Below, one piece after another: positions 31,910 through 42,847 of a DNA stretch of 64,000 bases. Source of the stretch: Methanobacteriota archaeon (lineage in GTDB: Archaea; Methanobacteriota; Methanobacteria; Methanobacteriales; Methanobacteriaceae); NCBI GenBank assembly GCA_963787255.1, contig CAWBCJ010000010.1, forward strand, positions 1 through 64,000, given 5' to 3'. The notes below the pieces were generated by a model, which made no database searches, was not told where the DNA came from, and was given only the letters and a program-made list of their open reading frames with translations. The position numbers and the translations under genes are program-made. Numbering within the stretch: position 1 is the stretch's first letter; each line of letters opens with the position of its first letter.

Positions 31910-33175
31910 CTACTCCATCCTTACAAGCGGTTTACTTAGATGTCTCCTAGCAGATGGCGGAACCTCATAAAAACCAGTTTCTAAATCTCTTTTTACTTCA
32001 ATTGAATATTTAACGCCATCACGAAGCTTAGCACCACACTTAACACATTTATATCCCTTATTACTCCCTGCAGATTTCATGCGCTTCCCGCACTTGCAAA
32101 TAGGATTATTAATCTCCTTGATTTTTGCAAGCTCTAAAATCTTTATCTTTTCTATGTTAAGTGTTCCCTTATCACCAATACCTCCAAAAACCCTTAATTT
32201 ATCTCCAGGAGCTAATTTCCTAACTATATCCCTAAATTCTTTTGTAGGTTCATAGGCAGCGCAGTGAATCTCGCCGGATTCATCCTTTAAAATAAATATA
32301 ACATGGCCTCCTTCAAAAGTAAAAGGATAAACTTTCACAGTTCCATCAACAATATAACATTTAAATTTCTCCATTTTAGAAATACTACATGCTTTTACAA
32401 GATGCATGTCAGTGTGCTGATTTGTTTGGAAAACTGCGGATTTTTCAATTGGTTCGCACACTTTAACCATTTTTCCTGCATTTAAAACAGCTTCAGGGCT
32501 TTCACCACGTATTCCATAAAGTATTGGACAAGGAGTATGAGGTTCTATCGCAATGTAACTGCTATCACTGTCAACATTGTCAAATGTTTCAGGGTAAGTG
32601 GCATTATTCATCTCGAAAACAGAATCATAATTAATCAACCGTTTTTTACCGTAATTTTCAGGCATTCTATAAACCAGAAGTTCGTAAGTTTTATCATAAT
32701 CCGGACATCCAATAGCAGCAAGTGCACCAATTATGCCTCTTCCTTTTTTGAATTTGAAAAAATCTGCCCCAATCTCTCGAGCAAACTCTTCAGCATCATC
32801 AATTGATATTATATTCCTTATAACATTCAAAGAATAAGATTTAAGATTATCAGTAATTTCACCACAATAAAAAACCACTCCCGGATTGGTCCTATCATCC
32901 TCCAATTCTGAAAGTTCTTCAACTTTTTTTAAAACGATATCTTTAACTTTTTGAACTTCATTATCATCTTTAACCTTTAATTTAAATGACAGTGCCCCAT
33001 TTCCACGTGTTTTAAATCTTGCAAATGGATTTAAACGTATTAAACGAGGATAACCAACCACATTAAAACCAAAATATTTAAGTTCATCAATTATAACACT
33101 ACATATATATGTGGTGCACATTCCATTCATGGAGTCAGTATCATCTATACCAATATACATATACATCAAATTCAC
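31910..33175 (-). CDS. tiaS: tRNA(Ile2) 2-agmatinylcytidine synthetase
   Basis: IGIDDTDS..GMCTT, LIRLNP..KTRGN, TNQHTD, AYEPT, Zn ribbon and ARRHLSKP motifs. Confidence 0.95.
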   Translation of the reverse strand: MNLMYMYIGIDDTDSMNGMCTTYICSVIIDELKYFGFNVVGYPRLIRLNPFARFKTRGNGALSFKLKVKDDNEVQKVKDIVLKKVEELSELEDDRTNPGVVFYCGEITDNLKSYSLNVIRNIISIDDAEEFAREIGADFFKFKKGRGIIGALAAIGCPDYDKTYELLVYRMPENYGKKRLINYDSVFEMNNATYPETFDNVDSDSSYIAIEPHTPCPILYGIRGESPEAVLNAGKMVKVCEPIEKSAVFQTNQHTDMHLVKACSISKMEKFKCYIVDGTVKVYPFTFEGGHVIFILKDESGEIHCAAYEPTKEFRDIVRKLAPGDKLRVFGGIGDKGTLNIEKIKILELAKIKEINNPICKCGKRMKSAGSNKGYKCVKCGAKLRDGVKYSIEVKRDLETGFYEVPPSARRHLSKPLVRME

Positions 33176-33197
33176 CCAAAATCACAAAATTTAACTG

Positions 33198-34154
33198 GTG
33201 ATCTTCATGGAAAGAGATCATGTCTTAAGAGAAATAAACGAGCTTCTAGCAAACCATAGTTTTGAAACTTCTCATATATATGATAGAAGTTGCTTTGATA
33301 TGGTTGCTCGAAAAAGATTGTTGCTTCTATTACTTAAAGTTTTAATAAATATAGATGGATTTACAGGACAGCAGGCAGAAGAAATAAAGAAATTATCAAG
33401 CACTTTCCTCGCTTCACCACTTGTTATAGGTGTAAAATCTAAACACGAATACTTAGAAGAGGATGTTGTCTATGAAAGGCATGGAATACCGGTAATTGCC
33501 CCTGAAACACTGCGAAACATCATTGTTGAAGAAGTATATCCTGAAGTATTTGCAGACCGCGGCGGCTACTTCGTGGAAGTAGATGGAGATGCCATAAAAG
33601 AAGCCAGAGAAAGAGGAAATCTCTCACTTAAAGAATTAGCCAACCAAGCACACGTTTCCCGCGAAACCATATATAAATATGAGCATGGCATGGTTAGGGC
33701 ATGCCCCGAAACGGTAATAACCCTCGAAAGCATTTTAAACATGAAAATCACACTTTCAGTTGATATTTTAAAAATTCCAGAATCAGAAAACGTTAAAATG
33801 GCAGAGAATACCCCAAAAGAATTGTCAAAGCTCGGATTTGGAGTAATCCCTACCAACAAAACACCATTTGATGCTATTGCCAAGCCAGATCCTCAATTAA
33901 AAGAATTGAAGAAAAATATTGCCATGATAACCAACATGGAAAAAAATAGAAACCAGAGAATTCTAAAGAAAATGGCAATAAATGTTAAAGACCTTTCTGG
34001 AGTGACAGGAACAGAAGCTGTATTTATATTCGAACATAAAAAAAATCTGGAATGTATCGAAGGCGTTCCTGTAGTCCACAACTGGGAAATAGGGGAAATG
34101 GAAAGTTCAAGAGAATTTTTAAAGGTTATTAAAGAACGTAAAGAATGCAGCTAA
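33198..34154 (+). CDS. Archaeal Cro/C1-type HTH transcriptional regulator (COG1395-like)
   Basis: LEEDVVYERHGIP, RGGYFV and HTH LSLKELA...VSRETIYKYE motifs. Confidence 0.85.
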   Translation: MIFMERDHVLREINELLANHSFETSHIYDRSCFDMVARKRLLLLLLKVLINIDGFTGQQAEEIKKLSSTFLASPLVIGVKSKHEYLEEDVVYERHGIPVIAPETLRNIIVEEVYPEVFADRGGYFVEVDGDAIKEARERGNLSLKELANQAHVSRETIYKYEHGMVRACPETVITLESILNMKITLSVDILKIPESENVKMAENTPKELSKLGFGVIPTNKTPFDAIAKPDPQLKELKKNIAMITNMEKNRNQRILKKMAINVKDLSGVTGTEAVFIFEHKKNLECIEGVPVVHNWEIGEMESSREFLKVIKERKECS

Positions 34155-34280
34155 CAACCTTTTTTCGGAGGAAAAAAAGTCCTCAAAATCTATGATTTGG
34201 AAACACCAAATAATTCTTTGAATTTTTGAGCGATTGATCAAAAAAAATCCTCGCGAAAAAAAAACTTGTTTTATCGCTGC
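34153..34280. repeat. Multi-hairpin intergenic repeat element, copy 1
   Basis: AACAACC...GATCAAAAAAAATCCTCGC...CGCTGC; ends shared with 40489..40683; internal short palindromes. Confidence 0.7.
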
Positions 34281-34333
34281 ATATGAATAATTACTATTTT
34301 TTTTAATTTAATAAAATATAATCAAAAAATAAC

Positions 34334-35083
34334 TTACTTACTGGCAAGCAAATTAAATGTTTCATCTGCTTCAGCCTCAGATGCAATGCCTACGGTCATT
34401 AAATCAACGTAATCTAATGTTTTTAGATAATCAAAAGCATCATTAGGAGTTAGTATTCCTGCAGCCATAGTTTTCTTAGCAATAATTTTTTTATCTATAT
34501 TTTTTATTAAATCACGGAGTTCAGAACGTTCCTTATCCATGAATACATCAGTATCCATAAGATAACCTGTTTTATTTACAGGAACCATATACATCTCAAA
34601 TAAATTAAGTATAGGTGACTCAATAAGACTTTTTGTGGTATTAAACGGTCTATGTGTTACAAGGCCGGAAATTGCACCTGTTTGATTGATATCATCAAGC
34701 TTTCTTGCTAAAAAATCATAATCTAACTGGTCGGTTACTGCACCGTGAATAAGCATAGAACTTGCTTCAAGTTCATTTAAAAGATCAATATCATCATTTT
34801 CACATTCAGGTCTTACTGTACCAACAATATTAAGCTCACAACCTTCTTCTACGGCCCATTTAAGCGCTTTAACTACAGGTTCGTATGGTACAAGCTGAAT
34901 ACCAGTAATTCCTAGTTCATATGACTTTTTAATTATTTTTGTTATGTTTTCAGGTTGATTATATAGATCCAGCTGGTATAATCTTGCCCTATGCCCAAAT
35001 TGAGCAGCGCCTATAAAGGGTGAGGTTCCAAGAAGCGTTCTTGGTATCTCAGTGTCTTTAATTTTAATATTTCCTTCAAACAT
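34334..35083 (-). CDS. Hypothetical protein, aldo/keto-reductase-like TIM barrel
   Basis: LLGTSPFIG, MVPVNKTGY, IAKKTMAAG and VGIASEAE motifs. Confidence 0.6.
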   Translation of the reverse strand: MFEGNIKIKDTEIPRTLLGTSPFIGAAQFGHRARLYQLDLYNQPENITKIIKKSYELGITGIQLVPYEPVVKALKWAVEEGCELNIVGTVRPECENDDIDLLNELEASSMLIHGAVTDQLDYDFLARKLDDINQTGAISGLVTHRPFNTTKSLIESPILNLFEMYMVPVNKTGYLMDTDVFMDKERSELRDLIKNIDKKIIAKKTMAAGILTPNDAFDYLKTLDYVDLMTVGIASEAEADETFNLLASK

Positions 35084-35100
35084 CTTTTTTTATCCCGAAT

Positions 35101-35436
35101 TTATTCCTTTTCCACTTTAACTGCAGTACCGTAGGCTAAAATTTCCTGCATAATGTCTGATATGTCGTTTGAATCAAAACGGACACTTATTACAGCGTTA
35201 GCACCCATTGACTGGGCATGTTCTACCATTCTGTTAAGTGCCTCGTCTCTGGATTGTTCCATCATTTTGACATATTCTTTAATTTCCCCACCGAACATGG
35301 AACGTATTCCTGCACCTATTTGACCACCTAAACCTCTACTTCTTACAGTTAACCCATATACAAAGCCGAGAGTCTCAAATGCCTTGTATCCTGGCACGTA
35401 ATTAGAACTAACAACAATGAATTCATCTATTTTCAT
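35101..35436 (-). CDS. YbjQ/UPF0145 family protein
   Basis: GGEIKEY...SRDEA, GANAVISVRFD and AYGTAV motifs. Confidence 0.92.
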   Translation of the reverse strand: MKIDEFIVVSSNYVPGYKAFETLGFVYGLTVRSRGLGGQIGAGIRSMFGGEIKEYVKMMEQSRDEALNRMVEHAQSMGANAVISVRFDSNDISDIMQEILAYGTAVKVEKE

Positions 35437-35485
35437 ATCAATGCCTCCATACTAAATGATATGGTACTAGCTATTTACCCAATCC

Positions 35486-36987
35486 CTAAAATAGTTTTTG
35501 AATATCCTTAAACTGTTCTCCCATCCATTTATATACATCATATTGACGAATAATCTCTTTAAGTCCATTTAAACGTTTTTCACGCTCTTCTTGCTCCATT
35601 GTAATTGCTTTATAAATAGCTTCAGCTGTTTGGGAAATATCCAGTGCATTTATATTAATGGAGTATTCTTTAAGTTCTTCATAGGCTCCAGTGGTTTCAG
35701 ATATAATTAAAACACCGTTATTTTCATTTAAAATGCTTCCTTCCTTAGGAACGATATTCATTCCATCATGAATTGAATTTACCAAAAGACAATCGTAATT
35801 TTTAAGTGCAGCAGTTACAAGTGAATATTCGGCATTAAAATGAGGTACTATTGGTTTCCAAACATTATTGGAGTATTTTTCATTAATTTCACTAATTATA
35901 TCATTCACTTTTACCTTATAATCTCTGTATTCCTTCACATTTTCCCTGGTTGATATTCCAGTCACGAAAAATGTAACTTTTCCTTGAAATTCAGGGTGTT
36001 TTTGAAAGAAAAGATCGTAGGCCTTAAAACCTCTTACAATATTTTTACTGGGATCTGTTCGCTCAGTTCTGTAGATTAAAAAATTATTTCCTTTAAGTTT
36101 CTTTACATATTGCTCATGTTTTAAAACTTCGTCAGATCTTGCAAGTTTATTTAGTCTTGCAGCATCAACTGAGATGGGATAATTCTTTACAAAGATTTCA
36201 CGTCCATCATAATGCACGATGTTCTTTTTAAAATCTACTTCATCAGCATATTCTTCACATATCATTAAAAAATTCTTAACATATTTTTCTATGTGAAAGC
36301 CAATGATATCATTAGATAATAATCCTTTAATAATGGCTTCCTGCATGTATTCTGGTAAAATGCTGAAATATTCGGATTGGGGCCAGGGGATGTGTATAAA
36401 CTGGCTTAAAAACACATCTTCAAATTGTTCCCTAATATATCCCGGGCAGGTCTCTAAATGATAATCTTGGATCATGATTAGAGATTCATTTTCTGCTGAT
36501 TTTATCTCTTCAACTATTTTATCTGCAAATTCCTTGTTTACATATTCATAACTAAGCCAAGCTTGATGTGCATCGTCGTTAATTTGGGGTTTATCATCCA
36601 AATCCCACAGTTGATGATGCATAAACCAGAGAATGGAATTGCTAAATGTATTGTAAAATTCATTATATTTTTTTTTATCTAATATTATTAAAGGAACATG
36701 AAATTTGGGATTTTTCAGTGGAACTGGTATTTTATTTTTTGGGTATTTAGATGCCATTTCAATATCTGCGCTTCGTTCATGGCGCTTGCAATCCATGTAC
36801 CGCCAACGTTCTCTAAAACGGGAACTAGTGTGGGTACTATTCCTCCTGCGCCTGTTTTCATCCCTATTTTACCATTATCTTCATAAAAAAACTCTATTGG
36901 TCCTCGATTAGATGCCACGATTAAAGTTTTATCATTTAAAAAAATTTCTAATTGATTCATAGAGGTTTGAATTTGTATTTCCCCCAT
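35486..36987 (-). CDS. GT20 trehalose-6-phosphate synthase family, copy 2 (frameshift near 36768)
   Basis: N-part IVASNRGP...GAGG (36715..36987); C-part QDYHL, FIHIPWP, SKNI and DGMNIV.KE. Confidence 0.85.
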
Positions 36988-37223
36988 AATTTTTATTATT
37001 ATTTCTTATTTTATTATTATATGTTCTAATGGGATTTAAATTTGTATTGCTATATGGGGTTTTAACTGATTAAAAAGTAAATATGATGCTATGTCAATTT
37101 AGATTATAAAAAAAAATTGAATATCAACAAAAATGAAGTAATTTACTTACATATTATTATATAATCTTAAGTGAAATCAAACCACAGTAATTTTGGAAAC
37201 TTCCAGCTAAATATATTTTTAAT

Positions 37224-38714
37224 TTAAAAAAGCTGTTTAATATCTTTGAACTGTTCCTGCATCCAGATGTACACATTTCTTTCTTGAACTGTCTTTTTTA
37301 ATCCTTTAATAAGCCTTGCTCTTTCTTCCTGGCTCATACAAATGGCTCTGTATATTGCATCAGCTGTTTGGGTTATATCATAGGCATTTACAATAATTGA
37401 ATTGTCTTCAAGTTCTTCGTATGAGCCAGCGCCGTTGGACATTATTAAAATGCCGTTATTTTCGTTAACGACTGGTCCTTCTTTTGCCACGATATTCATA
37501 CCATCTACGATCGGATTAACGAGCAAACAGTCATAATGCTTAAATGCGGCAGTTACAAGGTTATAATCTGCCTTAAAAACCTGTTCTATGGGTTTCCACC
37601 CGCCTTTTGTAAACCTTTCATTTATTGAATCAATTATTTTGTAAGTTTCATCTTTATAATTGCAGTATTCCTTTATTTGCTGTCTTGTAGGCATTCCAGT
37701 TGATAGGAATTTGACTTTACCATGGAACTCGGGATGTTTTTCTAAAAATAGTTCATAGGCCATGAATCCTCTAATAATGTTTTTACTTAGGTCGGCCCTG
37801 TCAGTTCTGTAAATTAAAAAGCATTTTCCTTTAATTTTTTTAATTAAATTCTCTTTTTTAAGTACTTCACTGCTTTTTGCATTTCCAAGAAGCTTTTTAT
37901 CATCAACTGATATTGGATAGTGCTTCACATAAGTAACACGTCCGTCATGATGTATCAAATCATTGTCATAGTCTACTTTGTCTACATAGGGCTCGCAAGT
38001 ATATAGAAAATTCCTTGCATATTTTTCTATGTGAAATCCAATGATATCGTTGGATAATAAACCCTTAATAATGGCATCTTGCATGTATTCTGGTAAAATG
38101 CTGAAATATTCTGATTGGGGCCAGGGAATATGTATAAAATGACTTAAAAAAGTGTCATCAAGCTTTTCTCTAATAAATCGGGGACAGGTATAAAGGTGAT
38201 AATCCTGAAGCATTATAAGTGGATGTTTTTCGCTGTTTTTAGCTTCTTCTATTATTTTTTCTGCAAAAACTTTATTTACGTACACATAACTATCATGCCA
38301 TGCTTTATGGATTTTATCGTCAATCACAGGTACATATGGTGTGTTCCACATGTAATGCTGGACAAACCAGAGAAGTGGATTGCTTATAACGCTGTAATAA
38401 TCTTTATATATCTCTTCATCCACGACGACAAAAGAAACGCAGAATTCAGGGTTTTCTTCAGGAATTGGTACGATGCACTTCTTATGTTCTGCTGCGACTT
38501 TTCTATCACCTTCTGTCATGGCGCTTGCAACCCATGTTCCTTTAACTTCAGCCATAAATGGAAGTAAAGTGGATACAAGGCCTCCTGCACCTCTTTTCAT
38601 TTCAATTTCTCCATTTTTGACATGAAATTCAACAGGACCTCTGTTAGATGCTACAATTAAGTTTTTGTCCTTTAAAAACCTTTCTATTGCTTCACGAGTT
38701 TCATTTTGTGAAAT
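37224..38714 (-). CDS. GT20 trehalose-6-phosphate synthase family, copy 1
   Basis: VASNRGP, AGGLV, QDYHL, HFIHIPWP, DRADLSKN and DGMNIVAKE motifs; start uncertain. Confidence 0.9.
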   Translation of the reverse strand: MSQNETREAIERFLKDKNLIVASNRGPVEFHVKNGEIEMKRGAGGLVSTLLPFMAEVKGTWVASAMTEGDRKVAAEHKKCIVPIPEENPEFCVSFVVVDEEIYKDYYSVISNPLLWFVQHYMWNTPYVPVIDDKIHKAWHDSYVYVNKVFAEKIIEEAKNSEKHPLIMLQDYHLYTCPRFIREKLDDTFLSHFIHIPWPQSEYFSILPEYMQDAIIKGLLSNDIIGFHIEKYARNFLYTCEPYVDKVDYDNDLIHHDGRVTYVKHYPISVDDKKLLGNAKSSEVLKKENLIKKIKGKCFLIYRTDRADLSKNIIRGFMAYELFLEKHPEFHGKVKFLSTGMPTRQQIKEYCNYKDETYKIIDSINERFTKGGWKPIEQVFKADYNLVTAAFKHYDCLLVNPIVDGMNIVAKEGPVVNENNGILIMSNGAGSYEELEDNSIIVNAYDITQTADAIYRAICMSQEERARLIKGLKKTVQERNVYIWMQEQFKDIKQLF

Positions 38715-38908
38715 TTTAAACCCTCCAATTAATAATATTTTAAACTTTATTATTATAATATATAGCAACAGATTTAAATTTATTTTCAAAAATAATCTAA
38801 TTGAGGAATTCAATAATTTAAAATAGTTTAAAATTATTCAATTAATATATAATGTAAAAGCAATTCCATTGATTTTAAATTATTAATAGAAATGAGGCTG
38901 GTGAAAAA

Positions 38909-40489
38909 ATGGATCAAAAGAAAGTAATTATAGCTGATCAAATTAACGAAAAAGGGATTAAAGAGCTTGAAGATGTTGCAGAAGTAGTAGTGGATACTGC
39001 AATAACACAAGAAGAGCTTATTAACAAAATTAAAGATTTCGATGCCATTATTGTAAGAAGTAGGACCAAAGTGACCCGTGAAGTAATAGAGGCCGCAGAT
39101 AAACTTAAAATAATAGCAAGGGCGGGTGTAGGTGTTGACAACGTTGATGTTGAAGCAGCCACCGAAAGAGGAATAATGGTAGTAAATGCACCTGAATCAA
39201 CATCCGTAACTGTTGCAGAACACACAATGGGACTTATAATGGCGCTTGCAAGGAAGATTTCAATTGCAGATAAATCTGTAAAGGAAGGAAAATGGGAAAA
39301 AAGCAGATTTATGGGAATAGAACTTGCTGGAAAAACCCTTGGTATTATAGGTATGGGTAGAATCGGCAGTCAGGTAGCAAAAAGATGCCAGGCATTTGAT
39401 ATGGATGTATTAGTTAACGATCCTTACATAACCGAAGAAGTTGCTTCAAAAATAGGAGCAAGAGTTGTAGATAAAGAAACACTGCTTAAAAATTCCGATG
39501 TAATAACTATTCACGTTCCATTAACTCCAGAGACCAAACATTCCATATCTCGGAAAGAATTTGATCTCATGAAGGAAAGCGCGTTTATAATAAACTGTGC
39601 TCGAGGAGGCATCATTAAAGAAGATGACCTTTATGAAGCACTTAAATCTGGTAAAATTGGAGGTGCAGGATTGGATGTGTTTGAAAACGAACCTCCAGAA
39701 GGTAGTCCTTTATTAGAACTTGATAATTTAGTTGCAACTCCACATATTGGTGCATCTACTAAAGAAGCACAGAGTGGTGCTGCAATAATAGTTGCCAACG
39801 AAGTTAAGAAAGTATTCCTGGGTGAAGCTCCTAAAAATGTTTTAAACATGCCAGTTTTAGATCCAGAAACATTCCAGGCCATAAAACCATATTTAACTCT
39901 TGCTGAGAAATTAGCTGATTTCCTTATTCAGGCTGCCAAAGGAAACATCACTGAAGTGGACATTACTTATTGCGGAGAATTAGCGGAATTTCCGAGAATA
40001 GACGTGTTTAACAGGGTTGTGATGAAAGAAATGCTTAATTCCATACTTACTGAGCCAGTAAACATGGTAAATGCCCCTACAATTGCTAAAAGAAGAGGTA
40101 TTGTAATAACTGAAAGTAAGAGAAGTGAAGCAGAAGGATACAAAAGCCTGATTAAAGTTAAAATAAAGAGCGAAGAAGGCGAAATAAGCATTGAAGGTAC
40201 TGCTACAAAAGAACCTAGAATAGTAAGAATCGATGAATACTGGGTTAACGTAAAACCAAAAGGAACAATGGTTATTGCAAGGTATAAAGATATACCTGGA
40301 AGTATAGGTACCATTGGAACAAAACTGGGAGAACATGGAATAAACATAGCTAAAATGCAGGTTGGAAGGGAAGCACCTGGTGAAGAAGCTGTAATGGTTG
40401 TAACAGTCGACCAGAAAGTTCCAGAAGATGTTATAGATGAGATCAGAGAATTAGGTCATGTTTATGACGCTGTTTATGTTCAGTTATGA
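38909..40489 (+). CDS. serA: D-3-phosphoglycerate dehydrogenase
   Basis: [19 protein letters not shown] and TPHIGAST motifs; ASB and ACT domains. Confidence 0.96.
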   Translation: MDQKKVIIADQINEKGIKELEDVAEVVVDTAITQEELINKIKDFDAIIVRSRTKVTREVIEAADKLKIIARAGVGVDNVDVEAATERGIMVVNAPESTSVTVAEHTMGLIMALARKISIADKSVKEGKWEKSRFMGIELAGKTLGIIGMGRIGSQVAKRCQAFDMDVLVNDPYITEEVASKIGARVVDKETLLKNSDVITIHVPLTPETKHSISRKEFDLMKESAFIINCARGGIIKEDDLYEALKSGKIGGAGLDVFENEPPEGSPLLELDNLVATPHIGASTKEAQSGAAIIVANEVKKVFLGEAPKNVLNMPVLDPETFQAIKPYLTLAEKLADFLIQAAKGNITEVDITYCGELAEFPRIDVFNRVVMKEMLNSILTEPVNMVNAPTIAKRRGIVITESKRSEAEGYKSLIKVKIKSEEGEISIEGTATKEPRIVRIDEYWVNVKPKGTMVIARYKDIPGSIGTIGTKLGEHGINIAKMQVGREAPGEEAVMVVTVDQKVPEDVIDEIRELGHVYDAVYVQL

Positions 40490-40683
40490 ACAACCCGGCA
40501 AAAATTTCATTTTTGCGGTCCTCGAAAACTTCGTTTTCGGGAAATAGAAATTATAAATTTCGAATGCCGCGAATCGGAGATTCGCCGGCTTTTTTCAAAA
40601 AAAGCCCTTAAACCCAAAGCGTTTGGGGCACCGAAAATCTTCGATTTTCGAGTGCTGGACCAAAAAAATCCTCGCTACGCTGC
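40489..40683. repeat. Multi-hairpin intergenic repeat element, copy 2
   Basis: At least 7 short hairpins, e.g. CGAAAAC-TTC-GTTTTCG, GCGAATC-GGA-GATTCGC, GGCTTTTT-TCAA-AAAAAGCC, CGAAAATC-TTC-GATTTTCG. Confidence 0.8.
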
Positions 40684-40774
40684 GGAAGTATATATTTATT
40701 AATTACAAAAAAAAAATCTGTAATTTCAAAAAATATTCCGGAGTTTTTAAAGTATAGGATTTTTTAATATTTTT

Positions 40775-41570
40775 TCATTTCTTCAATTCTTTTATTTTTG
40801 CTTCAGCGGGAGAGATTACCTTTTCTTTAAAATTCTGGAGTAAATCTTCAATATTATTATAATTATATGTATTAAGGACCCAAGGATAGATTTTAAAATC
40901 ATTAAACATTCCATATTCACTTTCTGAACTGTATAGCAAAGGCTGAACTGGTATTTTATTTGTTGGAATTATTGCTTGCAATTCATGGGGAACACTTTTT
41001 GGATCTGTAATATCTACAATGATGAATTTAGACATTTTAGCTAATAATGTAACTGTTTCTGTGAAATCTCGGCTTAATGGTCTATTAAAATCAAATAAAA
41101 CTGGTAAATAGTCATATTTTCTTAATTCATTTTTTATTGAATCCAGTATTATCTTTCTGGTAGGTGTAAAACGACCTAAAATAAGTACAACTTTAGAAGT
41201 AATCGTATCAATAACATGACGGATTTTGTTGCTATGAATCAACATATAAATAAACTGTGCTACTTCAATGTTATCTACAGTTATATAATAGACTCTCCTT
41301 CACGAGTAATTATCAAATTAGATTGATTTGAGCCTTTTAAATTAAGATGCCCATGCAGAAATGCCATAAATGTAACAATTTTCTATATTAGTTTTTCAAA
41401 ATTAGTCTCAACTAAATGAGTATTCATAAGATTTGTATTGTTAATTTTCGCTCCAATAAAACTTGCCCTACTTAAATTAGCTTTTTCAAAATTGACTCCC
41501 TCAATGATGGTAATTATTTAGATTAGCACCTCTAGAGATCAGCATTTTCAAAATGTACTTCTAGCTTCTT
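40775..41570 (-). pseudogene. Pentapeptide-repeat protein with C-terminal TIR/NDT-like domain, multiply frameshifted
   Basis: Upstream frames give VNFEKANLSRASFIGAKINNTNL, IYGISAW and TVDNIEVAQFIY; intact C-domain KVVLILGRF...SKFIIVDITDPKSVPHEL. Confidence 0.75.
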
Positions 41571-41599
41571 GAAGTGAACTTTGATCAATATTTACAAAA

Positions 41600-42048
41600 G
41601 AATATACAAATAAATTCTTATATTATTTTAAAATCCACTATATTCCCGAAACTGTCGTAAGCTATTATGCTTTCTATATCATAGGGTCTCGGCGATTATC
41701 ATGTGAAAAATCCCTTTTTTTGAAAAAAAGTGTAAATCTGCAGTCTGAAGGGCTTGCACTGTAACCTGGATGGCTGTGAACTGATCCAATTGAGTTAGTG
41801 GTAAGCGGCTGCATGAAAACCTGCATTACTGCACCTTCATTTGAAGTTTCAGCTGGAAGAAAGATTAAACCAGTTATTCGAAGTATATGTGCCTCGATTT
41901 TACCTTCTAAAAGAGCCATGAACTCATTTGGATAAGCTTCCCTTGCAATATTCATTATTTCTTCTACTACTTCTCTATCAATGTGTACTTCTTCAATTTC
42001 CTGTTTTGAAGTTCCTAAAATCTTTCCTAGAATGTTGTTTAGTTTCAT
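41600..42048 (-). CDS. JAB/MPN (JAMM) metalloprotease; 3' end frameshifted
   Basis: YPNEF..LL.G and GSVHSHP...PS.D motifs; the 3' boundary is approximate. Confidence 0.8.
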
Positions 42049-42118
42049 TTTATCATTTAAACATGAATTTAATATTATTCAAATCTAAAAAAATTAGATA
42101 ATTTACAGTTATATTTAA

Positions 42119-42847
42119 CTATAAAATCAATGTTTTGTTGAAAAATTGTTCATTAAAAAGTGGTAAATCAGAGTCAACAAAAATTCTTTTTCGTTTAGAT
42201 TGCACCTTTTTCTTCTCTATTGGATTGTATCCTTCAACTGTTACTTCTTTTTTATAAATTCCCATACCTCGGCGCTGCCATGATGGAAGTTCAGCCAGAT
42301 TAATGCCTCTTTCAAATAAAATATCATGGAGACTTCCACTTTTTTTATTTTTTAAGATATACATTGCTTCTTTTTTATTATATTCCTTTCTAAGAGTCCA
42401 ATAGGCATATCCATTAATACAGTTTCGCCATGCTTCATTTTGACGTTCTTTAAAATATTTTACTACCAATGTTGAAGAAAGTGGGATTATTCTTGAATCA
42501 AAGGAAATTGGCCTTTCAATCAGCATTCCGCTATCTAAAGCATTTTTTGTAAAGCTTCCCGCTATAAAACTTGCAAAAACAGAGTTCAATTTCTCAATTC
42601 GTCCTCCGAAAGGGATATCTGAGAGTAAAATATTTATTTCATCAGAGAATGTGTAAACAAAATGCGAATTAAATTCTTTAAAGAAATCATTGGATGTTTC
42701 AACCATAATTTTTGTAAAATGCCTGTCGAATGGTTTTTCAAACTTAAGATCACGGGATAACCTGGAAAATTTCCTGCCATCAATTCTTACAATGATTTTA
42801 GATCCGCATGGAATCTTTAAATTGGAAAAAATTTCGCATTTCTTCAT
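42119..42847 (-). CDS. thg1: tRNA(His) guanylyltransferase / Thg1-like protein
   Basis: RIDGRKF, YTFSDEI, FDSR, RQ.EAWRN and P.WQRRG motifs. Confidence 0.93.
   Translation of the reverse strand: MKKCEIFSNLKIPCGSKIIVRIDGRKFSRLSRDLKFEKPFDRHFTKIMVETSNDFFKEFNSHFVYTFSDEINILLSDIPFGGRIEKLNSVFASFIAGSFTKNALDSGMLIERPISFDSRIIPLSSTLVVKYFKERQNEAWRNCINGYAYWTLRKEYNKKEAMYILKNKKSGSLHDILFERGINLAELPSWQRRGMGIYKKEVTVEGYNPIEKKKVQSKRKRIFVDSDLPLFNEQFFNKTLIL

Noticed and set aside
34153-40683. CRISPR array or tRNA/rRNA fragments in the hairpin-rich spacers
   Set aside because: No regularly spaced identical repeats with unique spacers, no cloverleaf and no cas genes.
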